Positions 1 to 9,523 are shown, counted from the first letter of the stretch. The stretch is 64,000 nucleotides of DNA from Gammaproteobacteria bacterium (GCA_965222155.1 CBDCTH010000004.1:416001-480000); one strand, 5' to 3'. A program made the numbers and translations. The notes: a model not told the origin generated them from the letters alone.

Positions 1-2
1 GG

Positions 3-1745
3 ATCCTTGGAGGAACTGGGGACGGCGTAACGATTAGTAACGTTGAGAACATTATCGGGTCTCAGGGCGACGACAACCTGACCGGTGATGATAGAAATAA
101 CGTCATTGAAGGTGGCGAGGGTGGTGATACTCTTATAGGTGGAGGAGGAGAGGACACCTTATCCTATGCCAGTTCGGATGACTGGGTCAGGGTATCGCTT
201 GCCACTGAAACTGCCTCCAGGGGGCACGCTTCAGGTGATGAGTTCCAAAACTTCGCAAATATTACCGGGTCTGGTCACGATGACGACCTGACCGGCAACG
301 ACGAAGACAATGTGCTTAAGGGCGGTGACGGTGATGATGATCTGGTTGGTAACGAGGGCGCTGATACGCTGGAAGGCGGTGCTGGAGCCGATGAGTTGGA
401 CGGCGGTATTCCTAATGCTACTAGTCAAGAAGGCGCTGGCGAGGAGGCAGATCTCGACGATACCTTGTCCTATGCAAGTTCGAACGCTGGCGTCACGGTA
501 CACCTGGCTGGTGCCAGGGTTTCCGGCGGTCATGCCACAGGTGATACTATTGCGACTGTTGAAACGGACCATGATAAGGACGCAAAGACAGACAAAATTG
601 ACGTCTCTACCTTCGAGAACGCTACCGGATCTATGTATAATGACACATTAACAGGCGATTATATGGACAACAAGCTCACCGGCAACGCCGGTGATGATAC
701 CCTCAAGGGCGGTGCCGGAGCGGATACGCTTAACGGCGGCCCCGGGGCGGACACGCTTGATGGTGGATCGTCGTTGGAGGAAGGTGGTGATACCCCTAAC
801 AACGCAACTGATGATAAGCAACACGTGGATATCGCATCCTACGCCGGAGCAACGGCAGGCGTTACAGTGGACTTGAGCACCGGCAGAGGGACGGCGGGCG
901 ACGCCAAAGGCGATACGCTTGACGATATTGAGAAAGTCATGGGATCTGCAAATGATGATACGTTCATTGCCAGTGCAGGGGCTGACGACATTGATGGCAG
1001 CGCCCACGATGGGGACGACGAGGGAGACGAAGGTGGTGACGGTGATACCGTATCCTATGAAGCATCAGGAGCAGGCGTTGCTGTGACTTTGATGGGTGAT
1101 AACAATGCCACTATCCCCTCCAAGATTGGTACTGGTGATGCTGCTGTCGAAAATGGCGCCGCTGGCGATGTGCTTTCCAATATCGAGAACCTTACCGGGT
1201 CTGCTCAAGGTGATTCTCTGACTGGAGACGGAAATGACAATACCCTCAAGGGCGGTGATGGCGGTGACACACTGATGGGCTTAGCTGGTAATGACATGCT
1301 GATGGGCGACGCCGGCGATGACACACTGAATGGCGGCGCCGGCGATGACACACTGAATGGCGGCGCCGGCGATGACACACTGAATGGCGGTGATGGCAAA
1401 AACACACTGAATGGCGGTGCCGGCGATGACGTACTGAATGGCAATGCCGGCGGCGTTGACACCTTCGTATTCAGCCCCGATGATGGGGATTGGGATGATG
1501 TCATTGTTGACTTCGATGAAGGAACCGATAAAATTGACCTGTCAGCTTTCAGAAACCTTAATGCTGATGCTCTGAAGGATCTCATAGAAGTACGAGGGAG
1601 CAGCGTCATAATCGATCTGACTGGTCTTGGCGGAGGGAAAATTGCAATACAAGATGATGGCGCTGGTAACGCTAGGGCTTTGGAGGGAGTTCTAGAAAGC
1701 ACCCTAACAGACGACAATTCGGCAAATGATGTTTTCATCCTCTGA
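3..1745 (+). CDS. RTX-type Ca2+-binding repeat surface protein (T1SS substrate), 5'-truncated by the window edge; paralog of 13690..16932
   Basis: The frame is open from position 3 (ILGGTGDGVTISNVENIIGSQGDD...) into ORF 312..1745. It has many GGxGxDxLxG nonapeptides and a C-terminal DTFVFSP...DKIDLSAF...DVFIL secretion-signal-like tail. Confidence 0.92.
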   Translation: MLGGTGDGVTISNVENIIGSQGDDNLTGDDRNNVIEGGEGGDTLIGGGGEDTLSYASSDDWVRVSLATETASRGHASGDEFQNFANITGSGHDDDLTGNDEDNVLKGGDGDDDLVGNEGADTLEGGAGADELDGGIPNATSQEGAGEEADLDDTLSYASSNAGVTVHLAGARVSGGHATGDTIATVETDHDKDAKTDKIDVSTFENATGSMYNDTLTGDYMDNKLTGNAGDDTLKGGAGADTLNGGPGADTLDGGSSLEEGGDTPNNATDDKQHVDIASYAGATAGVTVDLSTGRGTAGDAKGDTLDDIEKVMGSANDDTFIASAGADDIDGSAHDGDDEGDEGGDGDTVSYEASGAGVAVTLMGDNNATIPSKIGTGDAAVENGAAGDVLSNIENLTGSAQGDSLTGDGNDNTLKGGDGGDTLMGLAGNDMLMGDAGDDTLNGGAGDDTLNGGAGDDTLNGGDGKNTLNGGAGDDVLNGNAGGVDTFVFSPDDGDWDDVIVDFDEGTDKIDLSAFRNLNADALKDLIEVRGSSVIIDLTGLGGGKIAIQDDGAGNARALEGVLESTLTDDNSANDVFIL

Positions 1746-1796
1746 TCAACCTGAGCATCAAAACCAGCTTCCTGATTTCACGGAAGTAAACGATCA

Positions 1797-1842
1797 CAGG
1801 GGCGGTTTAGCCGGGTTTCCCGTTTAAATCAGCCCCTGTTTT
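1797..1842 (+). terminator. Probable intrinsic terminator of the first RTX gene
   Basis: Imperfect stem CAGGGGCGGTTTA...TAAATCAGCCCCTG followed by TTTT. A homologous hairpin follows the second RTX gene. Confidence 0.6.
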
Positions 1843-1917
1843 ATTAAAAGGGGTCGGTGACAAATGAGAACAAAGTGATCGGGGTCAGGTCGCACAATGC
1901 GCAGTGTTAAAACCCGA

Positions 1918-1946
1918 TTGACAACGAGCCTCAGCCAAGCTACACT
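1918..1946 (+). promoter_or_regulatory. sigma70-type promoter of the small MATKDD gene
   Basis: TTGACA-N17-TACACT, with RBS AAGGAGGT just upstream of the ATG at 1992. Repeated upstream of the copies starting at 13102 and 13439. Confidence 0.65.
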
Positions 1947-1991
1947 GCCTGAACGATTAACTGGAAGTTGTAAGAAAAGGAGGTACACCCG

Positions 1992-2252
1992 ATGATAAAT
2001 CAAGAAGCCCAACCGAATGGCAGCATGGAGGCCTTCGCCAGCGCCTTTTCCAACCTGGTAAAAGACGCCACCTCACACCTGGCCACCAAGGACGACCTCG
2101 CCAACATGGCCGCCAACATGGCCACCAAGGACGATATCAATAAACTTTCCGACAGGATAGACAAGGTAGAGCAAACGGTAGCGGAAGGCTACAAGCGCAT
2201 TTATAGCTGGAGAGACGAGATGTATAAGACGTTTGTCCGAAAAGCAGAGTAA
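1992..2252 (+). CDS. Small coiled-coil protein with ATKDD (beta-layer-type) motifs, 86 aa
   Basis: Strong RBS and promoter; LATKDDLANMAANMATKDDI motif; identical protein at 12842..13102. The stop codon TAA lies inside the downstream GAGTAATCCAGG repeat. Confidence 0.8.
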   Translation: MINQEAQPNGSMEAFASAFSNLVKDATSHLATKDDLANMAANMATKDDINKLSDRIDKVEQTVAEGYKRIYSWRDEMYKTFVRKAE

Positions 2253-2543
2253 TCCAGGACACCCATAAATCAGATAGACGTATCTGTAGCCTTCGAGAGT
2301 CTGGTAGTGTCAAATTTGTTTCGCACTTTTTTCTCTGGGGTCGAGTAATTCAGGACAACCACAAATTAGATAGCCATACCCTGTAGCCTTCCAGGGTCGG
2401 ACCCGTATGACCCCATTATAAGAATGGATGCCGGGTCAAGCCCGGTATGGCGACGAAGGAGTCGCCCCCCTGTCGCCGTTCCGGCGAACGATGAGAATCT
2501 GTGATGATTTGTGATAAAACCCACAACCTCGGGGAAAAATGTG

Positions 2544-2572
2544 TGGACAGGTTCGATGCATACAATTATATT
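2544..2572 (+). promoter_or_regulatory. Cassette sigma70-type promoter (copy 1)
   Basis: TGGACA-N17-TATATT. The same boxes occur at 7630-7658, 8276-8304, 9037-9065 and 10771-10799, and as ATGACA-N17-TATATT on the minus strand upstream of 10399. Confidence 0.6.
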
Positions 2573-2641
2573 AAAGATAACTCAGAACCGGTAGATAACA
2601 GGCTCGCACTGACCACATAAGGAGACTAAGGAAAATACACC

Positions 2642-2905
2642 ATGTCAATGGAATTAATTGCAATCATAGGCGTCGGCGTCACGCTGGCCGGGCTTATCCT
2701 GAATGGTCAACACAACCTGCGGAATGAGATAGGCGGCTTGCGGGAAGAAATTAATGGCCTGCGGGAAGAAATTAATGGCTTGCGGGAAGAAATTAATGGC
2801 TTGCGGGAACGCATGGCACATCTGGAAGGATTGCTTGAGGGCCTGCGTGAGGCTATTACCGGTCGACGTGTGGCCGAAGACTCCGGACAATACGACCCAC
2901 GCTGA
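2642..2905 (+). CDS. Membrane-anchored coiled-coil protein, cassette paralog 1 (87 aa; 21-bp GLREEIN heptad repeats)
   Basis: N-terminal hydrophobic segment, heptad repeats, conserved RMAHLEGLLEGLREAITGRR C-terminus; leader AAGGAGACTAAGGAAAATACACC. Confidence 0.82.
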   Translation: MSMELIAIIGVGVTLAGLILNGQHNLRNEIGGLREEINGLREEINGLREEINGLRERMAHLEGLLEGLREAITGRRVAEDSGQYDPR

Positions 2906-3273
2906 CCTGTCCCTTCCTGCTTCCGCAGGAATTACGAGTACGGGTTTCTGCATTATTATCGGGTAAATGGAGTAATTCAGGGAGCAAATCCAGGACACCC
3001 ACAAATCTAGCTTCCTGATTTCACGGAAGTAAACGATCACAGGGGCAGAGTAATCCAGGACACCCATAAATCAGATAGATGGATCAGAGTCAGAACCTGT
3101 TTCCCAGGACAGTAATCCAGGACACCCATAAATCACACTGCCTTCAAAAGGTAGTTGCCCACACTTCCTTAAACCAGAACACCCATAAATCCTGTCCATC
3201 CTGTTAATCCATGTGAGAGTAATCCAGGACACCCATAAATCACGCTGCCTTCAAAAGGTAGTACTCTTTCAAT

Positions 3274-4398
3274 TTAATTCTGACCGGTTAAATTGTCGTA
3301 TGCCCTGTGCAGTTTGGTCCGAGCCTTATCGACATCAAACAGCCAGTTGATGCTTGCTTTCTCCTGGTTGCGTTGGGTCTCCCAGGCCGCCAGTTCCGAT
3401 TGCAACAAGCCCATGCTGTCTATGCGACGGTCCAAACATTGCTGGTTCATGTTGCCAATCTCAATCTCCACCCTGTTCAACCAACTGGCGTGCTTGGGCG
3501 TATAATGAAACGCCAGCTTGCGCAATAACCGCCGCGCCGCTGGCGCCGGGAATGCCCGGTACAAGGCGGCCGGCTGGTGGGTGCTGTAGTTATCCAGCAC
3601 CACCCGTATGCGCTCGGCCTCCGGGTAATGCTCATCCACCAGTTCACGCATCAACTCGGCAAAGTCGCCCGCTTTCTTGGTCTTAGTCGCCTTGGCATGG
3701 CGCCAGCCACGATGCTGGTCAAAACACACAAAGATAGTCGCCACCCCCTTGCGCTCGTATTCATAATCTATCTTATTCACTTGGCCGGGCGCCATCGGCC
3801 TGCCCGCCTGCACCTCCCCCACCAATTGTTTCGTTGCCTCGTCCACGTTCACCAGCGGCCTCTCAGGACAGGACGGCTCAGCATACACATCCAGAATGTG
3901 CTCCATCTGCGCACTAGACGCCGCATCCATCTGCCCCAAACACCACATCTTCTGTTGCCAGGGTTTTAACTGATTCGCCTTCAAACGCTGCCGGATGCTC
4001 TCCAGGGATACCGCCTCCATATCCGTCAGCGCCACCCAGCGCGCCGCCAACAACGATAACGTCCACCGGCACCGGCCCGGTGGCGGGGCGCTGCACGCAA
4101 TCGATACCAGCAATGCATCCTCATGCGCCCCCGTCTTGCGCGGCCGACCGGGGCGTGCCCCTTCCGACAGCGCCGCCTCCAATCCATACTCCACAAACTC
4201 CCGCTTCACCCGATACACCGTCGAGCTGCTCACCCCCAACGCCTCGACGATCTCCTCCTCACGCCGTACACCACCGTCCGCCAACAACAATATCTGCGCC
4301 CGCTTCAACGCCCGTACCCGTTGCCTCCCTTGGGATGTAAATGCCTCCAAATACCCCCGCTCCTCAGCCGTCAGTTCCACCCTGTACCGAATATGCAT
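3274..4398 (-). CDS. IS630-family DDE transposase
   Basis: N-terminal HTH (YRVELTAEER...RWTL); catalytic residues in VDEA, VLDNYSTH and WLNRVE. Likely start is MHIRY at 4398. Confidence 0.9.
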   Translation of the reverse strand: MHIRYRVELTAEERGYLEAFTSQGRQRVRALKRAQILLLADGGVRREEEIVEALGVSSSTVYRVKREFVEYGLEAALSEGARPGRPRKTGAHEDALLVSIACSAPPPGRCRWTLSLLAARWVALTDMEAVSLESIRQRLKANQLKPWQQKMWCLGQMDAASSAQMEHILDVYAEPSCPERPLVNVDEATKQLVGEVQAGRPMAPGQVNKIDYEYERKGVATIFVCFDQHRGWRHAKATKTKKAGDFAELMRELVDEHYPEAERIRVVLDNYSTHQPAALYRAFPAPAARRLLRKLAFHYTPKHASWLNRVEIEIGNMNQQCLDRRIDSMGLLQSELAAWETQRNQEKASINWLFDVDKARTKLHRAYDNLTGQN

Positions 4399-4449
4399 GA
4401 CCTTGACCCTCATAGGATAAAAGCGATAATAGATCATAAAATATCCGAT

Positions 4450-4713
4450 ATGTCGATCCCTGACGCTCCAATACCGCAACCCGGCTACACCTATCTGCAA
4501 GGCCAGTACCTCGCCTTTATTTACTACTACACCAAAATCAACGGCAGAGCGCCCGCACACGCCGATTTACAACGCTACTTCCAGGTCTCGCCTCCTTCCG
4601 TCCATCGCATGTTGACCCATTTGCAGGAGCAAGGATTCATTGACAAACAACCGGGGATGACTCGTAGCCTGGCACTGGCTATACCCGTTGAACAACTGCC
4701 ACGGCTTGATTAA
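4450..4713 (+). CDS. Small winged-HTH protein (LexA-N/MarR-like), passenger of the IS630
   Basis: YTYLQGQYLAFIYYYTKINGRAPAHADLQRYFQVSPPSVHRML...GFI resembles the LexA DNA-binding domain. It lies inside the IRs, divergent from the transposase. Confidence 0.7.
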   Translation: MSIPDAPIPQPGYTYLQGQYLAFIYYYTKINGRAPAHADLQRYFQVSPPSVHRMLTHLQEQGFIDKQPGMTRSLALAIPVEQLPRLD

Positions 4714-4837
4714 TGTTGACCCGTCAACTGATCAAAATTAAATGGAAAGAGTACTAGTTGCCCACACTTCCTTAAACCAGGACACCCATAAATCCTGTCC
4801 ATCCTGTTAATCCATGTGAATTCAACGTAAACAGCAC

Positions 4838-4890
4838 AAAAGGGGTCGGTGACAAATGTAAATAATTCTCATTTGTCACCGACCCCTTTT
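4838..4890. repeat. GGGGTCGGTGACAAATG palindromic REP-like element
   Basis: AAAAGGGGTCGGTGACAAATG...CATTTGTCACCGACCCCTTTT; half copies at ~1846 and ~13568. Confidence 0.7.
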
Positions 4891-5101
4891 ATTGCTTTTA
4901 TTCTGTACCTTTGTATTACACCATTCCAGAACCTGCCCCGGAGACGTTGTTGTTCCAGGGGCGTGCTTCAGCGACACGAAATCAGACTGGGTTCCGGCTT
5001 AAGCCGGGCATGACACCCCACGTCGTACCGGACAGTGCAAATAGAAGACAGACCGCATTTTCTCTCCTCTGTGACAACCCGTCCCTTCTACCAGCCGGAT
5101 A

Positions 5102-5307
5102 CAGGGCAACCGCATACTTTTGGATTCTGTTGCAGAAGACAGGAAACCAACCGGAAAACACCGCCCGTCATGCTGGCGAATGCCAGCATCCAGTCAAACA
5201 ACAGCGCATGCTCAGGGTAATGAAGGGTTATTCACTGGATTCTGGCCTGCGCCAGAATGACGGAATCGGGCAAAAACATCTGAATTCAAAAGTATGCGTT
5301 TGCCCTG
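5102..5307. mobile_element. 206-bp MITE (ISAs1-like ends), copy 1
   Basis: IRs CAGGGCAACCGCATACTTTTG / CAAAAGTATGCGTTTGCCCTG; 10-bp target duplication CAGCCGGATA at 5092-5101 and 5308-5317; near-identical inverted copy at 60127..60332. Confidence 0.88.
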
Positions 5308-5409
5308 CAGCCGGATATTGGTTTTACCGGAATCGGGTTTGATCTATATAATAATCGTGCTATTGTGCATCAATAGTATGATTTTCTACTTTATCTGCTG
5401 CAGACTGAC

Positions 5410-5667
5410 ATGACGACCATTCGAAAGACGATTACCTTGACGGAAAATCAGGACGAGTGGGTCAAAGCGCAGACTGCCAATGGCGAATTCACCGATGACA
5501 GTGAATACATCCAGGCTCTTGTGCATCGTGACCAGAAGCAAAACATCAAGTTTCGAGCACTTAAAGTGGCTATTCAGGAGGGTTTGGATAGTGGTGTGAG
5601 TGACAAGACAGTGAATGAGATCATGGAGGAAGTCGATGGCCGGCATGGAGCCGATGGCAGCTTATAG
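5410..5667 (+). CDS. parD: Type II antitoxin, ParD (ribbon-helix-helix) family
   Basis: TITLT...WVKAQ..NGEF...SEYIQALVHRD...LKVAIQEGLDSG; overlaps the toxin gene. Confidence 0.85.
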   Translation: MTTIRKTITLTENQDEWVKAQTANGEFTDDSEYIQALVHRDQKQNIKFRALKVAIQEGLDSGVSDKTVNEIMEEVDGRHGADGSL

Positions 5668-5956
5668 CTTATCGTTAAAAGCAGCTGCTGATCTTGATGG
5701 AATTTATGAATACACGCTCCTGAATTTCGGGCAGACACAGGCACGAAAGTACCTGATGGGCCTTCATGAATGCTTTGAGAGGCTTGCCGATAACCCGTAC
5801 TATGGCCGCAGTGTGGTAGAGCTTGCATCAAACTTAAGGCGCTTGGAGTATCAATCACACGTAGTGTTCTACAGACCGAGAGAACAAGGAGTGCTGATCG
5901 TGCGTGTGCTGCATGAGAGCATGAATACAGCAACACATTTCCAGGAAAAAATCTAA
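5654..5956 (+). CDS. parE: Type II toxin, RelE/ParE family
   Basis: YSLSLKAAADLDGIYEYT...FG..QA..Y...NPYYGR...HVVFYR...VLIVRVLH; start MAAYS at 5654. Confidence 0.88.
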   Translation: MAAYSLSLKAAADLDGIYEYTLLNFGQTQARKYLMGLHECFERLADNPYYGRSVVELASNLRRLEYQSHVVFYRPREQGVLIVRVLHESMNTATHFQEKI

Positions 5957-6230
5957 TTCGTGAAAAAGGGAGACAGGCCAGCCCGGTCTCAGCATAGGAC
6001 TGGAAAGTAATCCAGGACACCCACAAATCACACTACCTTCAAAAAGTAGTTTCCAACACTTCCTTAAACCAGGACACCCATAAATCCTGTCCATCCTGTT
6101 AATCCATGTGAATTCAAAGCAGTAATCTAGGACACCCACAAATCATGCTGGGTAATGTCAATATTTACTTTATCAATGGATAACCTGCGGTGATTTGTGA
6201 TAAAACCCACAAGCGCCGGGAAAAAATGTG

Positions 6231-7613
6231 TGTTGTCAACAAATAGATTTGTCCGCTTCTGTAACAAATGAATTGTCCGCTTTTGTCTTCACACTGACAT
6301 CCTCCAGAAAGACAGAGTCCGACAAGGATCGTCCAGTGCCGACTGTGCGGCGGACATTACGCAGCAGTCGGTAGTTCATCGGCTATGAGCTGTCCTTGCG
6401 CATCGTATCGTGCCAAGCGCCGGGGGCCATGAAATACACTCACCGTCCCATCCCTATGACGAGCGACCTTCACCTTGGCCTTGATGTAGTGATACCGATG
6501 CCGGTCGGCCGGAAGCTGTAATACCAGGCCGTCTACACGCACGCAGTTGTCCTTGCTCACGGTTCGCGCAACATGCTCACACAGGCTGTCATCCAGTACC
6601 ACTGACTGTGGGCAGGGCACGAAGGCCGAGCCGTCCTCCCGCGCCGGGTGGGTAAACTCGGCATTAAACGCCGGCAGGTAGACGTCCCGCAGATACGCAT
6701 TGGCGGCGTCCATCGTGGTAATACCGGCCGCGGCCAATTCCTGCGGCAAACGTCCCTGGTGCGTGCCAAACGCCCGCTCCGAGCGCCCCCGGGCCGCCGG
6801 GGAATACGCCGGTATCATCTCAATACCCAACTGCGTCATGGCTCGTCCGAACTGTGTCAGATTGCCCTTGTCTACCTTGCCCCCGGCCTCCGGCGTCGTC
6901 CAGTAATGACTGCCCCGGTCGGTGTATAACGAGCAAAACAAGCCCCTCGCCTCAATCACGTCTTTCACGCCCTGAAAACTGCTCTGTGTGCCTTCCTCCG
7001 CACAAAAGAACATCGAGTAATGCTCATTCGTGGCATCATCCATCGTCACAATCAAATCCCAGTGCTGCGCCGGTACCCACTCGTGCGTGCTGCCATCCTG
7101 GTGCAGCAGCATCCCCGGCCAGGCCGCCGGCTCGCGCCGTTTCCGATGCGCCCCGCGTTTGGCCGCTTTCTTCACCACCCCGCCAGCCTGCAACGTATTC
7201 TTCACCCAACTGTAACTGCGCCCACCCCCGTCCCGCCGATACCACGAATAGTAATGCGTCACGTTCCAACCGTCGTGTCGCCGTCGATACCGGTCTACCA
7301 ACCGCATGACCTCGTCCACCGGCGCCCGCCGGTGTGATACCTGACTCAGGCGCTTGTCCAGTAACCCGTCCAACCCGGCGTCTTCATACCGGTCGATGTA
7401 ACGTCGGAAGGTCCGGGCACACACGCCCAGTAACTGTGCCGCGTCCTCCTGGGTTAATCGCCGCGCTGTCCAACCCCTATAGGCTTCTTCAAATCTCATC
7501 AGTTTTGTCTCCTGTAACCAGTTTGTCCGCGTCATCATGCCTCCCAAAAGCTAACATGATAAAACCGGACAGATTATGTGTTACAGATGCGGACAGTTTA
7601 TTTGTTCTCAACA
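6231..7613 (-). mobile_element. IS1202-like (ISNCY) insertion sequence
   Basis: TGT...ACA ends with internal repeated TGTCCG motifs; imperfect 16-bp flanking direct repeat GCCGGGAAAAAATGTG / TCCAGGAAAAAATGTG; inserted in a cassette leader. Confidence 0.82.
6357..7547 (-). CDS. ISNCY/IS1202-family DDE transposase
   Basis: N-terminal HTH; LLHQDGSTHEW, TMDDAT, LYTDRGS and GRSERAFGTHQGRL integrase-core motifs. Confidence 0.9.
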   Translation of the reverse strand: MGGMMTRTNWLQETKLMRFEEAYRGWTARRLTQEDAAQLLGVCARTFRRYIDRYEDAGLDGLLDKRLSQVSHRRAPVDEVMRLVDRYRRRHDGWNVTHYYSWYRRDGGGRSYSWVKNTLQAGGVVKKAAKRGAHRKRREPAAWPGMLLHQDGSTHEWVPAQHWDLIVTMDDATNEHYSMFFCAEEGTQSSFQGVKDVIEARGLFCSLYTDRGSHYWTTPEAGGKVDKGNLTQFGRAMTQLGIEMIPAYSPAARGRSERAFGTHQGRLPQELAAAGITTMDAANAYLRDVYLPAFNAEFTHPAREDGSAFVPCPQSVVLDDSLCEHVARTVSKDNCVRVDGLVLQLPADRHRYHYIKAKVKVARHRDGTVSVFHGPRRLARYDAQGQLIADELPTAA

Positions 7614-7727
7614 TCCAGGAAAAAATGTGTGGACAGGTTCAACGCATAGAATTATATTAAAGATAACTCAGAACCGGTAGATAACGGGCACGCGCTGACT
7701 ACACAAGGAGACTAAGGAAAATACATC

Positions 7728-8024
7728 ATGTCAATGGAATTAATTGCCTTAATCGGTATCGGCGTGACGGTAATCAGTATCGGCGTTGCGCTGGCCGCTC
7801 TTATCCTGAATACTCAACGTAACCTGCGGTCTGATATGCAGGCTCAGCGGGAGGAGACGCGGGCAGAATTCAAGGCCGTGAGGGTGGAGATGCAGGCCCA
7901 GCGGGAAGTAATAATCAGTTTACTGGAACGCATGGCACACCTGGAAGGATTGCTTGAGGGTCTGCGAGAAGCGATCACAGGCCGACGCGTGGCTGAGGAT
8001 GCGGGGAAATACGATCCGCGCTGA
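7728..8024 (+). CDS. Membrane-anchored coiled-coil protein, cassette paralog 2 (98 aa)
   Basis: MSMELIALIGIGVTVISIGVALAALIL hydrophobic segment, QREETRAEFKAV stalk and conserved C-terminus. Confidence 0.85.
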   Translation: MSMELIALIGIGVTVISIGVALAALILNTQRNLRSDMQAQREETRAEFKAVRVEMQAQREVIISLLERMAHLEGLLEGLREAITGRRVAEDAGKYDPR

Positions 8025-8373
8025 ACACCGGCGCCAACCTCTCGCACATTGTCCAGAGTAATCCGGGACACCCATAAATCACACTGCCTTCAAAAGGTAG
8101 TTGCCCAAGAGTAATCCAGGACACCCATGAATCCTGTCCATCCTGTTAATCCATGTGAATTCAAGAGTAATCCAGGACACCCACAAATCATGATGGGTAG
8201 TGTCAATATTTTCGTTATAAATGGATAACCTGCGGCGATTTGTGATAAAACCCACAAGCGCCGGGGAAAAATGTGTGGACAGGTTCAAAGCGCACAATTA
8301 TATTAAAGATAACTCAGAACCGGTAGATAACGGGCTCGCGCTGACTACATAAGGAGGCTAGGGAAAATACATC

Positions 8374-8649
8374 ATGTCAATGGAATTAATTGCCTTAATC
8401 GGTATCGGCGTGACGGTAATCAGTATCGGCGTTGCGCTGGCCACTCTTATTCTGAATACTCAACGTAACCTGCGGGCTGATGTGCGAGCCCAGCGGGAGG
8501 AGACGCGGGCAGAATTCAAGACCCAGCGGGAAGCAATAATCAGTTTACTGGAACGCATGGCACACCTGGAAGGATTGCTTGAGGGTCTGCGAGAAGCGAT
8601 CACAGGCCGACGCGTGGCTGAAGATGCGGGGAAATACGATCCGCGCTGA
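8374..8649 (+). CDS. Membrane-anchored coiled-coil protein, cassette paralog 3 (91 aa)
   Basis: Same family with a shorter stalk. Confidence 0.85.
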   Translation: MSMELIALIGIGVTVISIGVALATLILNTQRNLRADVRAQREETRAEFKTQREAIISLLERMAHLEGLLEGLREAITGRRVAEDAGKYDPR

Positions 8650-9134
8650 ACACCGGCACCAACCTCTCGCACATTATCCAGAGTAATCCAGGACACCCAT
8701 AAATTATGCTACCTTCAAAAGGTAGTTTCCAACACTTCCTTAAACCAGGACACCCATAAATCCTGTTAATCCATGTGAATTCAACGTAAACAGGAGACAG
8801 CCCCCTTTTCTTTGAGTTGTATCAGAGTCTTGTGTGCTTTCCCACAGTAATCCAGGAAGTAATCCAGGACACCCATAAATCAGATAGATGGATCAGAGTC
8901 AGAACCTGTTTCCCAGGACGATTTGACACTACCCAGCGCCTGCATGCCGTTGAACAGGAGATGAAATTATTTACGTTTTCAATGGATAACCTGCGGCGAT
9001 TTGTGATAAAACCCACAAGCGCCGGGGAAAAATATGTGGACAGGTTCAACGCATACAATTATATTAAAGATAACTCAGAACCGGTAGATAACGGGCTCGT
9101 GATGACTACACAAGGAGACTAAGGAAAATATATC

Positions 9135-9464
9135 ATGTCAATGGAATTAATTGCCTTAATCGGTATCGGCGTGACGGTAATCAGTATCGGCGTTGCGCTG
9201 GCCGCTCTTATCCTGAATACTCAACGCAACCTGCGGGCGGAGATGCAGGCTCAGCGGGAAGAAACGAAGACAGAATTCAAGGCCCAGCGGGACGAGACGC
9301 GGGCAGAATTCAAGGCCGTGAGGGTGGAGATGCAGGCCCAGCGGGAAGTAATAATCAGTTTACTGGAACGCATGGCACACCTGGAAGGATTGCTTGAGGG
9401 TCTGCGAGAAGCGATCACAGGCCGACGCGTGGCTGAAGATGCGGGGAAATACGATCCGCGCTGA
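9135..9464 (+). CDS. Membrane-anchored coiled-coil protein, cassette paralog 4 (109 aa)
   Basis: Same family with one extra 11-residue module relative to paralog 2. Confidence 0.85.
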   Translation: MSMELIALIGIGVTVISIGVALAALILNTQRNLRAEMQAQREETKTEFKAQRDETRAEFKAVRVEMQAQREVIISLLERMAHLEGLLEGLREAITGRRVAEDAGKYDPR

Positions 9465-9523
9465 ACACCGGCGCCAGCCTCTCGCACATTGTCCAGAGTA
9501 ATCCAGGACACCCATAAATCAGA

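Larger units (their letters stand above)
3261..4754 (-). mobile_element. IS630-family element with passenger gene
   Basis: Terminal IRs GTACTCTTTCAATTTAATT / AATTAAATGGAAAGAGTAC; TA duplication at 3259-60 and 4755-56. The empty site AAAAGGTAGTTGCCC occurs in other repeat spacers. Confidence 0.9.

Noticed and set aside
2970-3260. Canonical CRISPR array
   Set aside because: Spacers recur, spacing is irregular, the repeat is scattered in both orientations across the window, and no cas genes are present.
7630-7665. dif/Xer site (TTATATTAAAG resembles the XerD arm)
   Set aside because: No plausible XerC arm at 6-bp spacing; better explained as a -10 box.
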